Shown: positions 47,251 through 57,602 of the stretch, one piece after another | Layout of the letters: each line of letters starts with the position of its first letter | How positions within the stretch are numbered: the stretch's first letter is position 1 | Origin: Marispirochaeta sp. | Lineage (GTDB): Bacteria; Spirochaetota; Spirochaetia; JC444; Marispirochaetaceae | Assembly (NCBI GenBank): GCA_963676835.2 | Contig: CAXXFF010000001.1 | Location: 800,001-864,000, forward strand | Reading direction: 5' to 3' | Length of the DNA: 64,000 nucleotides | Position numbers and translations under genes: made by a program | Notes under the pieces: model-generated | Seen by the model: only the letters and a program-made list of their open reading frames with translations | Told to the model about the DNA's origin: nothing | Databases searched by the model: none

Positions 47251-47275
47251 TACTGCATTCAAACAGGAGGAGCAT

Positions 47276-47833
47276 ATGTCCTTAAAGCACGGACTACTGG
47301 GAATTCTTCATCACGGCCCCATGGCCGGGTACGATCTTAACCAGATATTCAACCAGTCCCTCAATTTTTTCTGGGCCGCCGAAACCAGCCAGATATACCG
47401 TGAGCTGAACAGTATGGAAAAGCAGGGCTGGCTCAGCTCTGAAATAGTGCTCCAGACAGAGAAGCCAAACCGGAAGGTCTACTCCCTTACCGACAGCGGA
47501 AGGGAAGAGTTTATCCGCTGGCTGTCCACGGATGATCTGGAAAGCAGCATGAAAGTACGCCACAGCTTTATCATGCGTATCTTTTTCTCCGGCAGACGGC
47601 CCATGGAAGCTACCATCGACAGCCTTAAAGCATATCAGGCTCATCTCGAAGCAGCTGCAAAAGCAATGGAATCGGTAGAAAGCAGTATAAGCAGATATGA
47701 GCAGGGTCCCGCGGGCAGCCGGGAGTCCCTTTTCTGGCGACTTACCGCCGACTACGGCCGGCGCAGCAACCGAATGGCCCGGGAATGGGCGGAGAATGCA
47801 ATCAACTTACTGAAAGGAGAAAACCATGAGTAA
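47276..47833 (+). CDS. PadR-family regulator
   Basis: MSLKHGLLG...GYDL...SQIYREL...KVYSLTDSGR. Confidence 0.92.
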   Translation: MSLKHGLLGILHHGPMAGYDLNQIFNQSLNFFWAAETSQIYRELNSMEKQGWLSSEIVLQTEKPNRKVYSLTDSGREEFIRWLSTDDLESSMKVRHSFIMRIFFSGRRPMEATIDSLKAYQAHLEAAAKAMESVESSISRYEQGPAGSRESLFWRLTADYGRRSNRMAREWAENAINLLKGENHE

Positions 47834-49460
47834 ACAGATTCTTGTGTTAAACGGAAGCCCCCGGGGAGAAAACAGCAGTACCATGCAGATCACCCGCCGC
47901 TTTCTCGACGGCTATGTTAAAGAACAGGATGCGGTAATAGATACGGTGAATATTACCAGAAGCCGAATAGAACATTGTACCGGCTGTTTTACCTGCTGGA
48001 CAAAAACCCCGGGGAAATGCATTTTCCGGGATGATATGGATGAACTCCTGGAAAAATACAGGGCAGCCGATCTCATTGTCTGGAGTTTTCCCCTCTACTA
48101 TTTCGGCATGCCGTCTAAAATAAAGGCCTTTATGGACCGGATGCTTCCCATGAACCTGCCCTTTCTTAACGATGGAGAGGGGGAACATCGCATACATCCG
48201 CCCCGCTACGATGTCTCCCACCTGAAATTTGTACTTATTTCCACCTGCGGATACCACTCCCGGGAACATAACTATGATGCTCTTATAAAGCAGTTTGATA
48301 TTCTCTACCATGGGAGACTGGAATCAATTATCTGTCCCGAAGGGGGCATCCTGAACGTTCCCCAGATGCAGAGCGCAGTCGAACCCTACCTTGCCGCAGC
48401 GGAAAAGGCAGGCAGAGAGCATGCTCAAACCGGCAGTTTTGCTGATACCACCCGGGAACAGTTGAACAGCCTGATTGTACCCCCCGAGGTTTATACCGAG
48501 CTGGCCAACGAAAGCTGGGAAATCAGCGGCGAAGAGTCCAGTTCCGTCCCGGGGGCTTTCTCCGACCCCAGTGCCCGCCTTATGAAACAGATGCGGGCCG
48601 TCTGCCGTCCCGGGGAAGCAGGAGAGACTCCTGTAGTACTTGAGATCGACTTCACCGATATAGGAAAAACCTGGCAGTTCAGTATCGGTGAAGGAAGCTG
48701 CGAATTGGCGGAAGGCAGCGGCAAGCCCTTTACCACCCGAATTGAGACTCCCTTCAGTCTCTGGCAGGAAATTTCCAACGGGAAGGCAGATGGTACAGAA
48801 GCCATGATGCAGGGAAAATACCGGGTGCAGTGAGACTTCTCCTTTATGATGAAAATGGAAAAGGTTTTCGACGGCTCTTCAGCGAAACCGGAAAACACAG
48901 AGAAGCCGGCGGAGGCTAAGAAATCGAGTATGCTGGTTCTACTGGCTCCATGGCTTGCTCAGTGGATCCTTTTTCCCATGAAACCGACGGTGGGTGCCGG
49001 GATTTCAGTGCTGCTTGCAACGGCGGTATTCCTTCTTGCCGGCAGGTTCCGCATAACCCGGGATGAACGGACAGGATCATTCGCAGCAAGTATCATCGGT
49101 CTGCTTGTGCTCTACGGCCTGATCAGCCCCACCCGGGCAATCACCCTTTCCTATGTCTCATTCGGACTTCTCTGGCTCCAGTCCCTGCGCCATAAAGTTC
49201 CCCTTACCGCATGGTATTCATCTGCGGAATACGGAGGTGACAAGGCTTTTTCCAATGCTCTGTTTCTGGCTACAAACCGCATCCTTACCGCAGCCTGGGG
49301 TATCCTGTACTTGTGTATGGCAGGAGGTGCAATCCTGCTTATGCAGAGTCCTACAGCTTCATTCACCGGCCTGATCACCACCCTGGGGCCAGCCTGTATG
49401 GGAATATTCACCGCCTGGTTCTCCCGCTGGTATCCCGCAAGAATTGCGTCGGGAAAGTAA
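47826..49460 (+). pseudogene. Flavodoxin-like FMN reductase + SCP2 + membrane domain, split by an in-frame TGA at 48831-48833
   Basis: NGSPR, CTGCFTCW, PLYY; ORFs 47826-48833 and 48846-49460 are in the same frame across GKYRVQ*DFSFMMK. Confidence 0.75.
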
Positions 49461-49628
49461 CAGACAGAGGAAGGGGCAGACCTCTGGTCAGACCAAACAT
49501 TACGGGTATATACTGCCCCCTATGAAACTCCGCGGCGGATAACAGTTCTCAACCTCACTCCCTGCCCGGACCGTTCGGTCCGGTACTGTATATTCAGCAG
49601 CAACACCTGCATCAATTGAGAGAACACC

Positions 49629-51269
49629 ATGAAAAGCCGTGAATTTATCCCTAAATCAATACAAGTCCTTAAAGAAGGATTAACCCGGAAAGATCTGCTC
49701 CGGGAACTCTCCTCAGGAATTATCGTTGGAATTGTCGCCCTGCCCCTGGCTGTAGCCTTTGCAATAGCGTCGGGAGTTTCCCCGGAGAAAGGTATTATCA
49801 CCGCAGTCATTGCGGGATTCATTATTTCCGCCTTCGGAGGCAGCCGGGTTCAGATCGGCGGCCCTACCGGAGCCTTTATTGTAATTGTTGCCGGCATCAT
49901 TAGCCGCTACGGAATTGACGGGCTTTTGACGGCAACCCTCATGGCGGGAGTTATGCTCATCCTGATGGGACTTTTCCGTCTGGGCACCCTTATCCGCTAT
50001 ATTCCCCAGACTCTTATTACCGGCTTCACCTCCGGTATCGCAGTCATTATATTCTCCACCCAGATCCGGGACTTTTTCGGTCTTACCATGTCTGAGGTCC
50101 CGGATAAATTCCTCGCTAAATGGCAGGCCTATTTTCTCCACTTCTCCAGTATTAATGTCTGGGCCCTTGCCATTGGACTACTGAGTATCGCCATAATATT
50201 AATTGTTCCACGCTGTACCCACAGAGTCCCCGGTGCGTTTGTCGCCATAGTTATTACAACCCTGCTTGCACAGACTGCCGGTCTGCCGGTTGAAACCATC
50301 AGCAGCCGCTTCGGGTCAATTTCCGGCTCGATTCCCGCACCCGTTCTGCCTGATCTTTCGCTGGGGAGCATACATGCCATGCTGCTGCCGGCCTTCTCCA
50401 TAGCCCTTCTGGGAGCCCTTGAATCCCTCCTCTCCGCACTGGTCGCCGATGGTGTAATCGGAGGCAGACACCGTTCCAATATAGAACTCATAGCCCAGGG
50501 GCTGGCTAACACCCTCTCCCCGCTTTTCGGTGGAATACCCGCAACGGGAGCAATCGCCCGGACCATGACCAATATAAAACTGGGGGGCCGCACTCCTTTT
50601 GCAGGAATATTTCATGCTCTAACTCTGGCGCTTATCTTTTTTGTCGCAATGCCGCTGGTCTCCATGGTCCCCCTTGCCGCCCTGGCGGGGATTCTTATAG
50701 TTGTTGCCTGGAATATGAGCGAGTACAAGAACTTTATCCTTTCTCTCAGAATCAACATATACGAGACAGCAGTACTGCTTACTACCTTTCTGCTCACCCT
50801 CTTTACTGATCTGACCATTGCAATTCCCATAGGCTTCGGTCTTGCCCTGCTTCTTTTCATGAAGCGTATGGCCGATGCGGTGGATATCAACCCTCTGGTG
50901 CGGACCAAAGAGTCGGAACTTCTTCTATCCGGAGAAATTCCAGAGGATATTCAGATCTTCGAGATAAACGGGCCTCTCTTTTTCGGTTCCGCCGGAGCCT
51001 TTGCTACGGTACACAGCTTTATTGCAGATCATCACCGGGTTATTATATTCAGGCTCCGCTACGTACCCATCATAGATACCTCCGGCCTCAAACGTTTTGA
51101 AGAGATTGTACACAGCCTGGAAAGATCCGGAACAAGGGTCCTCGTTTCCGGAGCAAACGAAAAAATAGCTGCAAAGCTGATAAAAACATTAATATGTTCC
51201 AGTGAGTCACTTTTTGAAAATTTTGATGACGCTTTAGCAAATGCAAAAAGTTATGTAATATCTGGGTAG
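49629..51269 (+). CDS. SulP/SLC26 anion transporter with STAS domain
   Basis: ALPLAVAFAIASG, GGPTGAF, ATGAIART, GPLFFG, IDTSG. Confidence 0.93.
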   Translation: MKSREFIPKSIQVLKEGLTRKDLLRELSSGIIVGIVALPLAVAFAIASGVSPEKGIITAVIAGFIISAFGGSRVQIGGPTGAFIVIVAGIISRYGIDGLLTATLMAGVMLILMGLFRLGTLIRYIPQTLITGFTSGIAVIIFSTQIRDFFGLTMSEVPDKFLAKWQAYFLHFSSINVWALAIGLLSIAIILIVPRCTHRVPGAFVAIVITTLLAQTAGLPVETISSRFGSISGSIPAPVLPDLSLGSIHAMLLPAFSIALLGALESLLSALVADGVIGGRHRSNIELIAQGLANTLSPLFGGIPATGAIARTMTNIKLGGRTPFAGIFHALTLALIFFVAMPLVSMVPLAALAGILIVVAWNMSEYKNFILSLRINIYETAVLLTTFLLTLFTDLTIAIPIGFGLALLLFMKRMADAVDINPLVRTKESELLLSGEIPEDIQIFEINGPLFFGSAGAFATVHSFIADHHRVIIFRLRYVPIIDTSGLKRFEEIVHSLERSGTRVLVSGANEKIAAKLIKTLICSSESLFENFDDALANAKSYVISG

Positions 51270-51371
51270 AAACGCGCCCGAGAGGGTGTATTTATTAGAC
51301 CATTCCTGCTATACTGCTCCGGCGGTACAGGTACGTCCGAAACACAGATAGAAAATGAGGAGTAATTTCCG

Positions 51372-52823
51372 ATGTCAATCAAACTTGATCTCAGCAATCT
51401 CGATACTGTTTTTCCTGAAAACTTCACCGAAGAACAGAAGGCAAAAGCAAAAACACTTTTTCTGAAAACCCTCGCCAAAGAGGTTCACGGCTTCTACGGC
51501 GGTAAAATGCAGACCGTTCCCCGCTGCGGCCTTTACGGCTTCAACTGGTTCAACGTCTGGTACACTCCGGGTGTTTCCCAGGTCTCTGTATCCATCAGAG
51601 AAGACAACAATGCATCTTTTTCACTCTCCAGCAGGGGCAACACCGTAGCAGTTGTCTCAGACTCAACCCGTGTTCTCGGCGATGGAGACTGTACTCCTCC
51701 CGGCGGCCTGGGAGTAATGGAAGGAAAAGCCCTGCTGATGAAATATCTGGCGGGAGTAGACGGTACCGCCCTCTGCATAGATTCCAAAAATAAAGAGGGA
51801 AAAAACGATCCCGATAAGATCATCGATTTTGTAAAGATGGTTCAGCACTCCTTCGGTGCCATCAACCTGGAAGATATCAGCCAGCCCAACTGTTTTAAAG
51901 TACTGGATGAACTGCGGGAAAGCTGCGATATCCCCGTATGGCACGATGATGCCCAGGGAACCGCCTGTGTTACCCTGGCAGGGCTTCTCAACGGCCTTAA
52001 GCTTGCAGGCAAAAAGCTGAGCGATGCAAAGATTGTTCTCCTCGGTGCCGGCGCGTCCAACACCACCATTGCCCGGCTGATCCTTGCCGACGGCGGAAAC
52101 CCCGACAAGATGTATGTATTCGATTCCAAAGGCGGACTTCATGCCGACCGGGAAGATATAAAGAATGATCCCCGGCACTACCGCAAATGGGAGATCTGTT
52201 CAAAGACCAACCCCGAAAAGGTAAAAACAATTGAGGAAGCCATGAAGGGTGCAGACGTTCTGGTTGCCCTCTCCACCCCCGGCCCGGATACGGTAAAACG
52301 GGAGTGGATCCGCGCCATGGCAGACAAGTCTGTGGTATTTGCCTGTGCCAACCCTGTTCCGGAAATCTGGCCCTATGCGGCAAAAGAAGAAGGTGCATTC
52401 ATTGTTGCCACTGGACGGGGCGACTTCCCCAACCAGGTTAACAACTCCATCTGTTTCCCCGGAATCCTCAAAGGCGCCCTGCTTGTACGGGCAAAGAAGA
52501 TTACCGACGGTATGGCAATCCGGGCATCTCACTCCATTGCGGACTTCGCCGAAGCCCGGGGAATCGATGAGAACAACATTATTGCCAAGATGGATGAAAC
52601 CGATGTTTTTGCCCAGCAGGCTGCTGACGTTGCCATGCAGGCAATCAAAGAGGGCGTTGCCCGGGTTGAACTGACCTGGGATGAAGTTTATCAGCAGACA
52701 AAAGCGGACATTGCCGCTTCCAGGGGACTCTACGACACCATGGCTGCAAACGGCCATATCGCAGAGCCTCCCCAGGAAATGCTGGACAAGGCTCTTGCTT
52801 CAGCCATCGATGCGGTAAAATAA
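51372..52823 (+). CDS. NAD(P)-dependent malic enzyme
   Basis: YTPGV, VMEGKA, INLEDI, HDDAQGT, ACANPVPEI, ATGRGDFPNQVNN. Confidence 0.93.
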   Translation: MSIKLDLSNLDTVFPENFTEEQKAKAKTLFLKTLAKEVHGFYGGKMQTVPRCGLYGFNWFNVWYTPGVSQVSVSIREDNNASFSLSSRGNTVAVVSDSTRVLGDGDCTPPGGLGVMEGKALLMKYLAGVDGTALCIDSKNKEGKNDPDKIIDFVKMVQHSFGAINLEDISQPNCFKVLDELRESCDIPVWHDDAQGTACVTLAGLLNGLKLAGKKLSDAKIVLLGAGASNTTIARLILADGGNPDKMYVFDSKGGLHADREDIKNDPRHYRKWEICSKTNPEKVKTIEEAMKGADVLVALSTPGPDTVKREWIRAMADKSVVFACANPVPEIWPYAAKEEGAFIVATGRGDFPNQVNNSICFPGILKGALLVRAKKITDGMAIRASHSIADFAEARGIDENNIIAKMDETDVFAQQAADVAMQAIKEGVARVELTWDEVYQQTKADIAASRGLYDTMAANGHIAEPPQEMLDKALASAIDAVK

Positions 52824-52845
52824 GAACTTAAGAATTAATAATCAG

Positions 52846-52876
52846 AAGACCGGGTGAAATATCCCGGTCTTTTTTT
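52846..52876 (+). terminator. Rho-independent terminator
   Basis: AAGACCGGG-loop-CCCGGTCTT followed by a T run. Confidence 0.82.
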
Positions 52877-52885
52877 ATCTAACCG

Positions 52886-53668
52886 TCACGGCTCTACCGA
52901 GAGGTACGAACGGACACCCCACCACATGTAGCCCGCAAGAAGCAGATAAAACACAAGTCCCTTGCCGGCAAAATAGACGGGAATCCACATAATAATGCCC
53001 TCAATAACCATGGAGGGAACCATTGCAAAAAGTGCCACCGTTAACAGATCAAAGTATTCACCTCTGCGTCCTGTGATTTTGCAGAAGAAAAATGCAAGCC
53101 CCAGGGCTGCCAGCATCTGGACTATACGGAAAAGAAAAATTCCTGCCGTGGTAACTATAAACACAAGGGGATACAGCAGAGGAAGCATCCGGTCGATCCA
53201 GTTCTTCATGGAAAGAGGATCAAGCATCATATAATCTGTATCAGACAGATCAAAACGCCGGATCGAACTCCCCGGACCGCTGTCGAACATGGCGAAATGG
53301 TCTTTCCCCATGTAGGCCCAGGCGCCGGACTCCTCCAGGCTGTTCACCGTACCGGTGGTATCAAGGACAAACACCAGACGGTCGCCCATGGAAAGCCGAA
53401 ACGGCTGTGCCGCACTGGACTCAACCTTTCCATTGATAACCTCCATAACAGGCAGCTGATAAACCAGGGGGTCAACATAGTTTTTCTTGATGGACATAAC
53501 CGAGCTGACCATACTGATATACCCCGGAAGTGCCAGGACAGACGTTAACAGAGCCAGGAGAAAAAAGACCCGGCGGGGACGGATTGCACCGATCCGATAG
53601 GGTTCTGCTGCGTAAAAACTCCTGATACCGGCGGTAAAAAAATCTTTGATTGTGAAATTATCTATCAT
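52886..53668 (-). CDS. DUF1189-like membrane protein
   Basis: N-terminal TM, soluble middle region (LPVMEVINGKV, VLDTTG), three C-terminal TMs. Confidence 0.62.
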   Translation of the reverse strand: MIDNFTIKDFFTAGIRSFYAAEPYRIGAIRPRRVFFLLALLTSVLALPGYISMVSSVMSIKKNYVDPLVYQLPVMEVINGKVESSAAQPFRLSMGDRLVFVLDTTGTVNSLEESGAWAYMGKDHFAMFDSGPGSSIRRFDLSDTDYMMLDPLSMKNWIDRMLPLLYPLVFIVTTAGIFLFRIVQMLAALGLAFFFCKITGRRGEYFDLLTVALFAMVPSMVIEGIIMWIPVYFAGKGLVFYLLLAGYMWWGVRSYLSVEP

Positions 53669-53829
53669 TCGGATTCCAGTCTACTCTTTCTTGAAACAGA
53701 TCTTCAACTCCCGCAGAAGCAGCAAAGGCAGCATAACAAACAGGGGCCGCAAAAACTGCTGTTAAAGAGGAACAGGTGTGGTACTATCCAGAGATACAAA
53801 TTATTAACCTTAAAAACGGAGACAGTACA

Positions 53830-54924
53830 ATGCTGGCACTCATGAAAAGAATTTCTCTTGTTCTTATGCTTATCACTGTATTCGGGGGACTCATATCCGC
53901 CGAATCAGATGTGAACGACAAAGCTTACCGTGAAGAGTTTTCCATGCTGGTTCCCATCGGCTTTTACACCAGCGACACAGGAATCGCCGGCGGAGGCCTT
54001 TATCAGCGGCTTTTTCCCTGGGGCCTGGATGTGCAGGCAATCGGTTTCTATACCCAGAAAAACCAGGTGAACTGTTTCTACACCCTCGATTACACAGCAC
54101 CTTCCAGCTCATGGTGGCTGCGGAACGGAGGAGGCGTAACCTATTATCCTCAGTCATTCTACGGCGCAGGTCCGGAAACATCCCTGGATGACGAAGAAAA
54201 ATATACCTCCATCGGTTTCAACCAGAGCCTGAAGGCCTACTACCGCCTCCTTCCTGCATTCTATGCGGGACCCGCGGTAAAATACCGTCTCCGCAACATT
54301 GCCGATCCGGACAGCGGAGGCTTGATTGACCAGGATCTTGTAACCGGAAGCGAAGGATATCAGGTACTCCGCGCAGGTGCCGGGCTCGGAACCGGACGTG
54401 ACCCTTTGACTGTTGCTGAAGGAATGACTCTTGCCTACGAGGCGGAATTCTACTATCTCACCACAATTTCCGGTGACAGTGCCTCAGCAGCAGAAACAGT
54501 AAGTGATCTGCGCTGGTATTATGTTTTTCCCGGGGCGGTTCACAGCTGGGAATCGCATCAGCTGGCTGTTCAGCAGATCCTGACTGTCAGCTCCGGAGAG
54601 ATGCCTTTTGCTGAAATGCCCTCCATCGGCGGTGCAGATGAAATGCGCGGATACGCAGCCGACCGTTTCAGGGATAACTGTGCTGCCTTTATCCAGGCAG
54701 ACTACCGCTTCCCCATCTATAAACGCTTCCGTGGTGCAGTCTTCGGCGGCCTCGGAAATGTTGGTGAAGATATTACAGCTCTTGGAGAATCCGATCTGAA
54801 ACTTGCCTGGGGCGCCGGACTCCGCTACCAGGCAGGGCCAACCTCGGATACTTCATTCCGACTGGATTTTGCCTGGACCGGCGAAGGCAGCGGTCTCTAT
54901 TTCACCTTCGGCGAGGCTTTTTAA
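53830..54924 (+). CDS. Omp85/BamA-TamA-family barrel-only outer-membrane protein
   Basis: Signal peptide; GG..MRGY, GAGLRY, RLDFAW, C-terminal FGEAF. Confidence 0.82.
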   Translation: MLALMKRISLVLMLITVFGGLISAESDVNDKAYREEFSMLVPIGFYTSDTGIAGGGLYQRLFPWGLDVQAIGFYTQKNQVNCFYTLDYTAPSSSWWLRNGGGVTYYPQSFYGAGPETSLDDEEKYTSIGFNQSLKAYYRLLPAFYAGPAVKYRLRNIADPDSGGLIDQDLVTGSEGYQVLRAGAGLGTGRDPLTVAEGMTLAYEAEFYYLTTISGDSASAAETVSDLRWYYVFPGAVHSWESHQLAVQQILTVSSGEMPFAEMPSIGGADEMRGYAADRFRDNCAAFIQADYRFPIYKRFRGAVFGGLGNVGEDITALGESDLKLAWGAGLRYQAGPTSDTSFRLDFAWTGEGSGLYFTFGEAF

Positions 54925-54994
54925 AGCGAAGTAGTAACGAAAGGACACCTCTAAAAAAAGCATCCCGGATATAAAAATAGATGATACACAGGGA

Positions 54995-55891
54995 CTAAGC
55001 AGGAATAAGAGGGCTGTTTACCAGCTCTCTGGTATCGATATCCTCGGTAACATCAAACACAGGGCCCTTACTGTCCCGGAAAGAGACAGCCTGGTTCTCC
55101 AGCAGCTTTTCAAGATCTTTTCCGGAAAAGCCATCGGAGGCAAGCAGGCTGCCAAGGGGATCAGACTCGGGCTGGATATTGAGCCAGACAACCCGCTCCC
55201 GCAGACCTTCAACAGGCCCCGCTGAGGCATGGATGCCGTTCTTCCCCATCGAAGGGCTTACATCAAGTCCAAGCTCCTGCCACTTTTCCAGCAGAGTCCT
55301 GCGGAGTGACCCCTCAACTGCCTGAGCCGGATCAGTGGCCCCGATGAGGTTATGCCTGAAATCAAACCAGGAGAGAACATCCGGATCAAACTGTACATCG
55401 AACCACATAACCTCCAGTCCCGGAGCGGTAAAAAGCTCCTTCATGGCCGGGTAAAAGCCGTTGAGAATATAGAGTTCCGGGTTCTCAATGCGGCTCACAT
55501 AGAGACCGGATGCAAGTTTAGTATTCTGCCCGCTCCTCCACAGGCTGTTCAAGCGTGACACTGAATCCCCTTTCAGATGCTCAAGGGCCTCATGGGCGTT
55601 CACCAGCCGTCCGCTACCGCGGACATCACTGAGGGACACCCCGTATTCTGACTCAAAAGCCGCCTCTTCCTGAGGGGTAAACTGAAAATCCCTGCCGGCA
55701 ATGTCCACTGCAGAATGGGAGATTGCAAAATAGTGTCGGTCTATTATTTTGCGACGGTTCATCTCATCAGAGCCGAGAGTCCCGCTTGCTATTATCTCAA
55801 TACCCTTCTCCTCCAGGGTATCCCGGATCAGTTTGACCGCTTCAGTCCGCAGAGCCTGGGGTTTTATAAATATCAGCGCCTGATTCAGCAT
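54995..55891 (-). CDS. Extended nucleoside-diphosphate-kinase-like protein
   Basis: ALIFIKP, IGATDPAQA..GSLR, NGIHAS. Confidence 0.72.
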   Translation of the reverse strand: MLNQALIFIKPQALRTEAVKLIRDTLEEKGIEIIASGTLGSDEMNRRKIIDRHYFAISHSAVDIAGRDFQFTPQEEAAFESEYGVSLSDVRGSGRLVNAHEALEHLKGDSVSRLNSLWRSGQNTKLASGLYVSRIENPELYILNGFYPAMKELFTAPGLEVMWFDVQFDPDVLSWFDFRHNLIGATDPAQAVEGSLRRTLLEKWQELGLDVSPSMGKNGIHASAGPVEGLRERVVWLNIQPESDPLGSLLASDGFSGKDLEKLLENQAVSFRDSKGPVFDVTEDIDTRELVNSPLIPA

Positions 55892-56445
55892 ACAAGACCT
55901 CCCATAAAATACCGTTCAAAAGGTTCAAATCCTGCCCCCTCCGGCTGCTTCAGAAACAGGAGGTTCAGTTCGTTCAGTTTTCTCTTAATGGGTGTCATAA
56001 AGAGCAGCTCCTTCTCAGAGTAATCTCTTAAGACCTCCCCGGGAGTACGGTCCGGAAAGTTCATTTCACACCAGTCAACGGTTTTCTCAGACTCTTCGTC
56101 AGAAAGCCTCAGGCCATCGGCATTCCACTCTTCGGTAATCCACAGCTGGGGAAAACCGAAAGCCCTGCAGATGACCGGTCTTTCGTTATAAACCGAACAG
56201 GCATGATCTTTAAGAAAAGGACACTGCTTCAGTCCGGAAACATTCCCCGAAAACGAATAATGCAGCCCCAGGTCTTCGGCCATCACATAAATCTCCAACG
56301 GCAGCAGCGCAAGGTGAATACAGCATTTGGAACAGCCTTTCCGGCAGCTCATTCCGGAGGCATGGAGCGGAGCCAGCCTTTCAAGCTGATTCTCCAGTTC
56401 ATATCGCAGATTACGGTAAGAGCTGATAATTTCAGTCATATTCAT
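55885..56445 (-). CDS. YkgJ-family cysteine-cluster protein
   Basis: CRKGCSKCC, CPFL...CSVYNERPVICRAFG. Confidence 0.88.
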   Translation of the reverse strand: MNMTEIISSYRNLRYELENQLERLAPLHASGMSCRKGCSKCCIHLALLPLEIYVMAEDLGLHYSFSGNVSGLKQCPFLKDHACSVYNERPVICRAFGFPQLWITEEWNADGLRLSDEESEKTVDWCEMNFPDRTPGEVLRDYSEKELLFMTPIKRKLNELNLLFLKQPEGAGFEPFERYFMGGLVC

Positions 56446-56615
56446 CTTTTTTAGTCTACTTATCCAGGCTTAAGCTGGCAAGGGCAGCAAAATTATACGA
56501 AGCTTATGGCAGGACTTGACAGGAGAAGGCCTAATCGATATATTTTTATCGTTATTAATTTATCGATTTGTTTATGTGCTATACTTACGATAATATAAGC
56601 ACGGAGGTATACCAC

Positions 56616-57287
56616 ATGGATACATCGATTCAGTCCGTTCCATACCCGACAATTAAGCGCTACCCCGCTTATCTGCAGGTATTGAAAGAACTGAGAGCAG
56701 CAGGAATGAGCACCGTGTCCGCACGGGATATTGCCGAAAGGCTTGGGCTTAATCAGGTACAGGTTCGCAAGGACCTGGGTTACAGCGCCATAATCGGCCG
56801 GCCCAAGGTTGGCTACGACATTGAAGAGCTGACCGATGCACTGCACCTTCTGCTTGGCTGGCAGGATCCGAAAGAGGCCTTTCTGGTCGGCGCAGGGGCC
56901 CTTGGATCCGCATTGCTGGGATACCGGGGGTTTCAGGAATACGGTCTGGATATTGTTGCCGCTTTCGACAGTGAAGAGTCGAAGTTCGGTACAAAAATCC
57001 ATGGAAAGCAGGTCTTTCCTCTCTCCCGTCTTCCGGAACTGACCGAACGGATGCGGGTGATGATTGCTGTTCTGACAGTCCCTGAGCATGCTGCCCAGGA
57101 CTGCGCAGATCTACTGGTTAAATCCGGTATTCGGGGAATCTGGAACTTTTCCCCCTGTAAAATACAAGTTCCGGATAATGTTGTTCTTCAGCGGGAAGAA
57201 TTGTCCGCAGGGCTGGCCGTGCTGTCCGTCAAGCTCTCGGAGATGCTGAAGCACGAAAAGCAGGGACCGACGGGGAAACGCTCATAA
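56616..57287 (+). CDS. rex: Redox-sensing repressor Rex
   Basis: PTIKRYPAY, QVRKDL, GY, VGAGALGSAL, GIWNF. Confidence 0.93.
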   Translation: MDTSIQSVPYPTIKRYPAYLQVLKELRAAGMSTVSARDIAERLGLNQVQVRKDLGYSAIIGRPKVGYDIEELTDALHLLLGWQDPKEAFLVGAGALGSALLGYRGFQEYGLDIVAAFDSEESKFGTKIHGKQVFPLSRLPELTERMRVMIAVLTVPEHAAQDCADLLVKSGIRGIWNFSPCKIQVPDNVVLQREELSAGLAVLSVKLSEMLKHEKQGPTGKRS

Positions 57288-57338
57288 GGGCTGCCCCGCC
57301 GGTGCTGCACGGCAGATGCCGGCGGGAGGAGTCAGTAC

Positions 57339-57602
57339 ATGAAACCTGTTATTGAAATCTGCATGGGAAGCTCCTGCTTCTCCCGGGGCAATGCCCAGTC
57401 GCTGGACAGGGTTGAAAGCTTCCTGCGAAAACAGGGCATTACAGAAAAAGTTGAGTTAAAGGGCCGGCTCTGCACCGGCAACTGTGCGGAAGGCCCCTGC
57501 CTGACAATCAATGAGAATTTGTATACAGAGGTTCACCCCAACGCGGTGGAAGACCTCCTCCGGCATCACGTAGCTGCGTGGAAAGAGGAGGGGCTGCTAT
57601 GA
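57339..57602 (+). CDS. Thioredoxin-like [2Fe-2S] protein (HfsA-like)
   Basis: ICMGSSCF...CTGNCAEGP. Confidence 0.85.
   Translation: MKPVIEICMGSSCFSRGNAQSLDRVESFLRKQGITEKVELKGRLCTGNCAEGPCLTINENLYTEVHPNAVEDLLRHHVAAWKEEGLL

Noticed and set aside
48831..48833. Selenocysteine UGA
   Set aside because: The position corresponds to the conserved Gly of the SCP2 motif, not a Cys; no convincing SECIS recognised.
56560..56605. Rex operator upstream of rex
   Set aside because: Only an imperfect GTGCT...AGCAC palindrome that does not match the TTGTGAA-N4-TTCACAA type box well enough to call.
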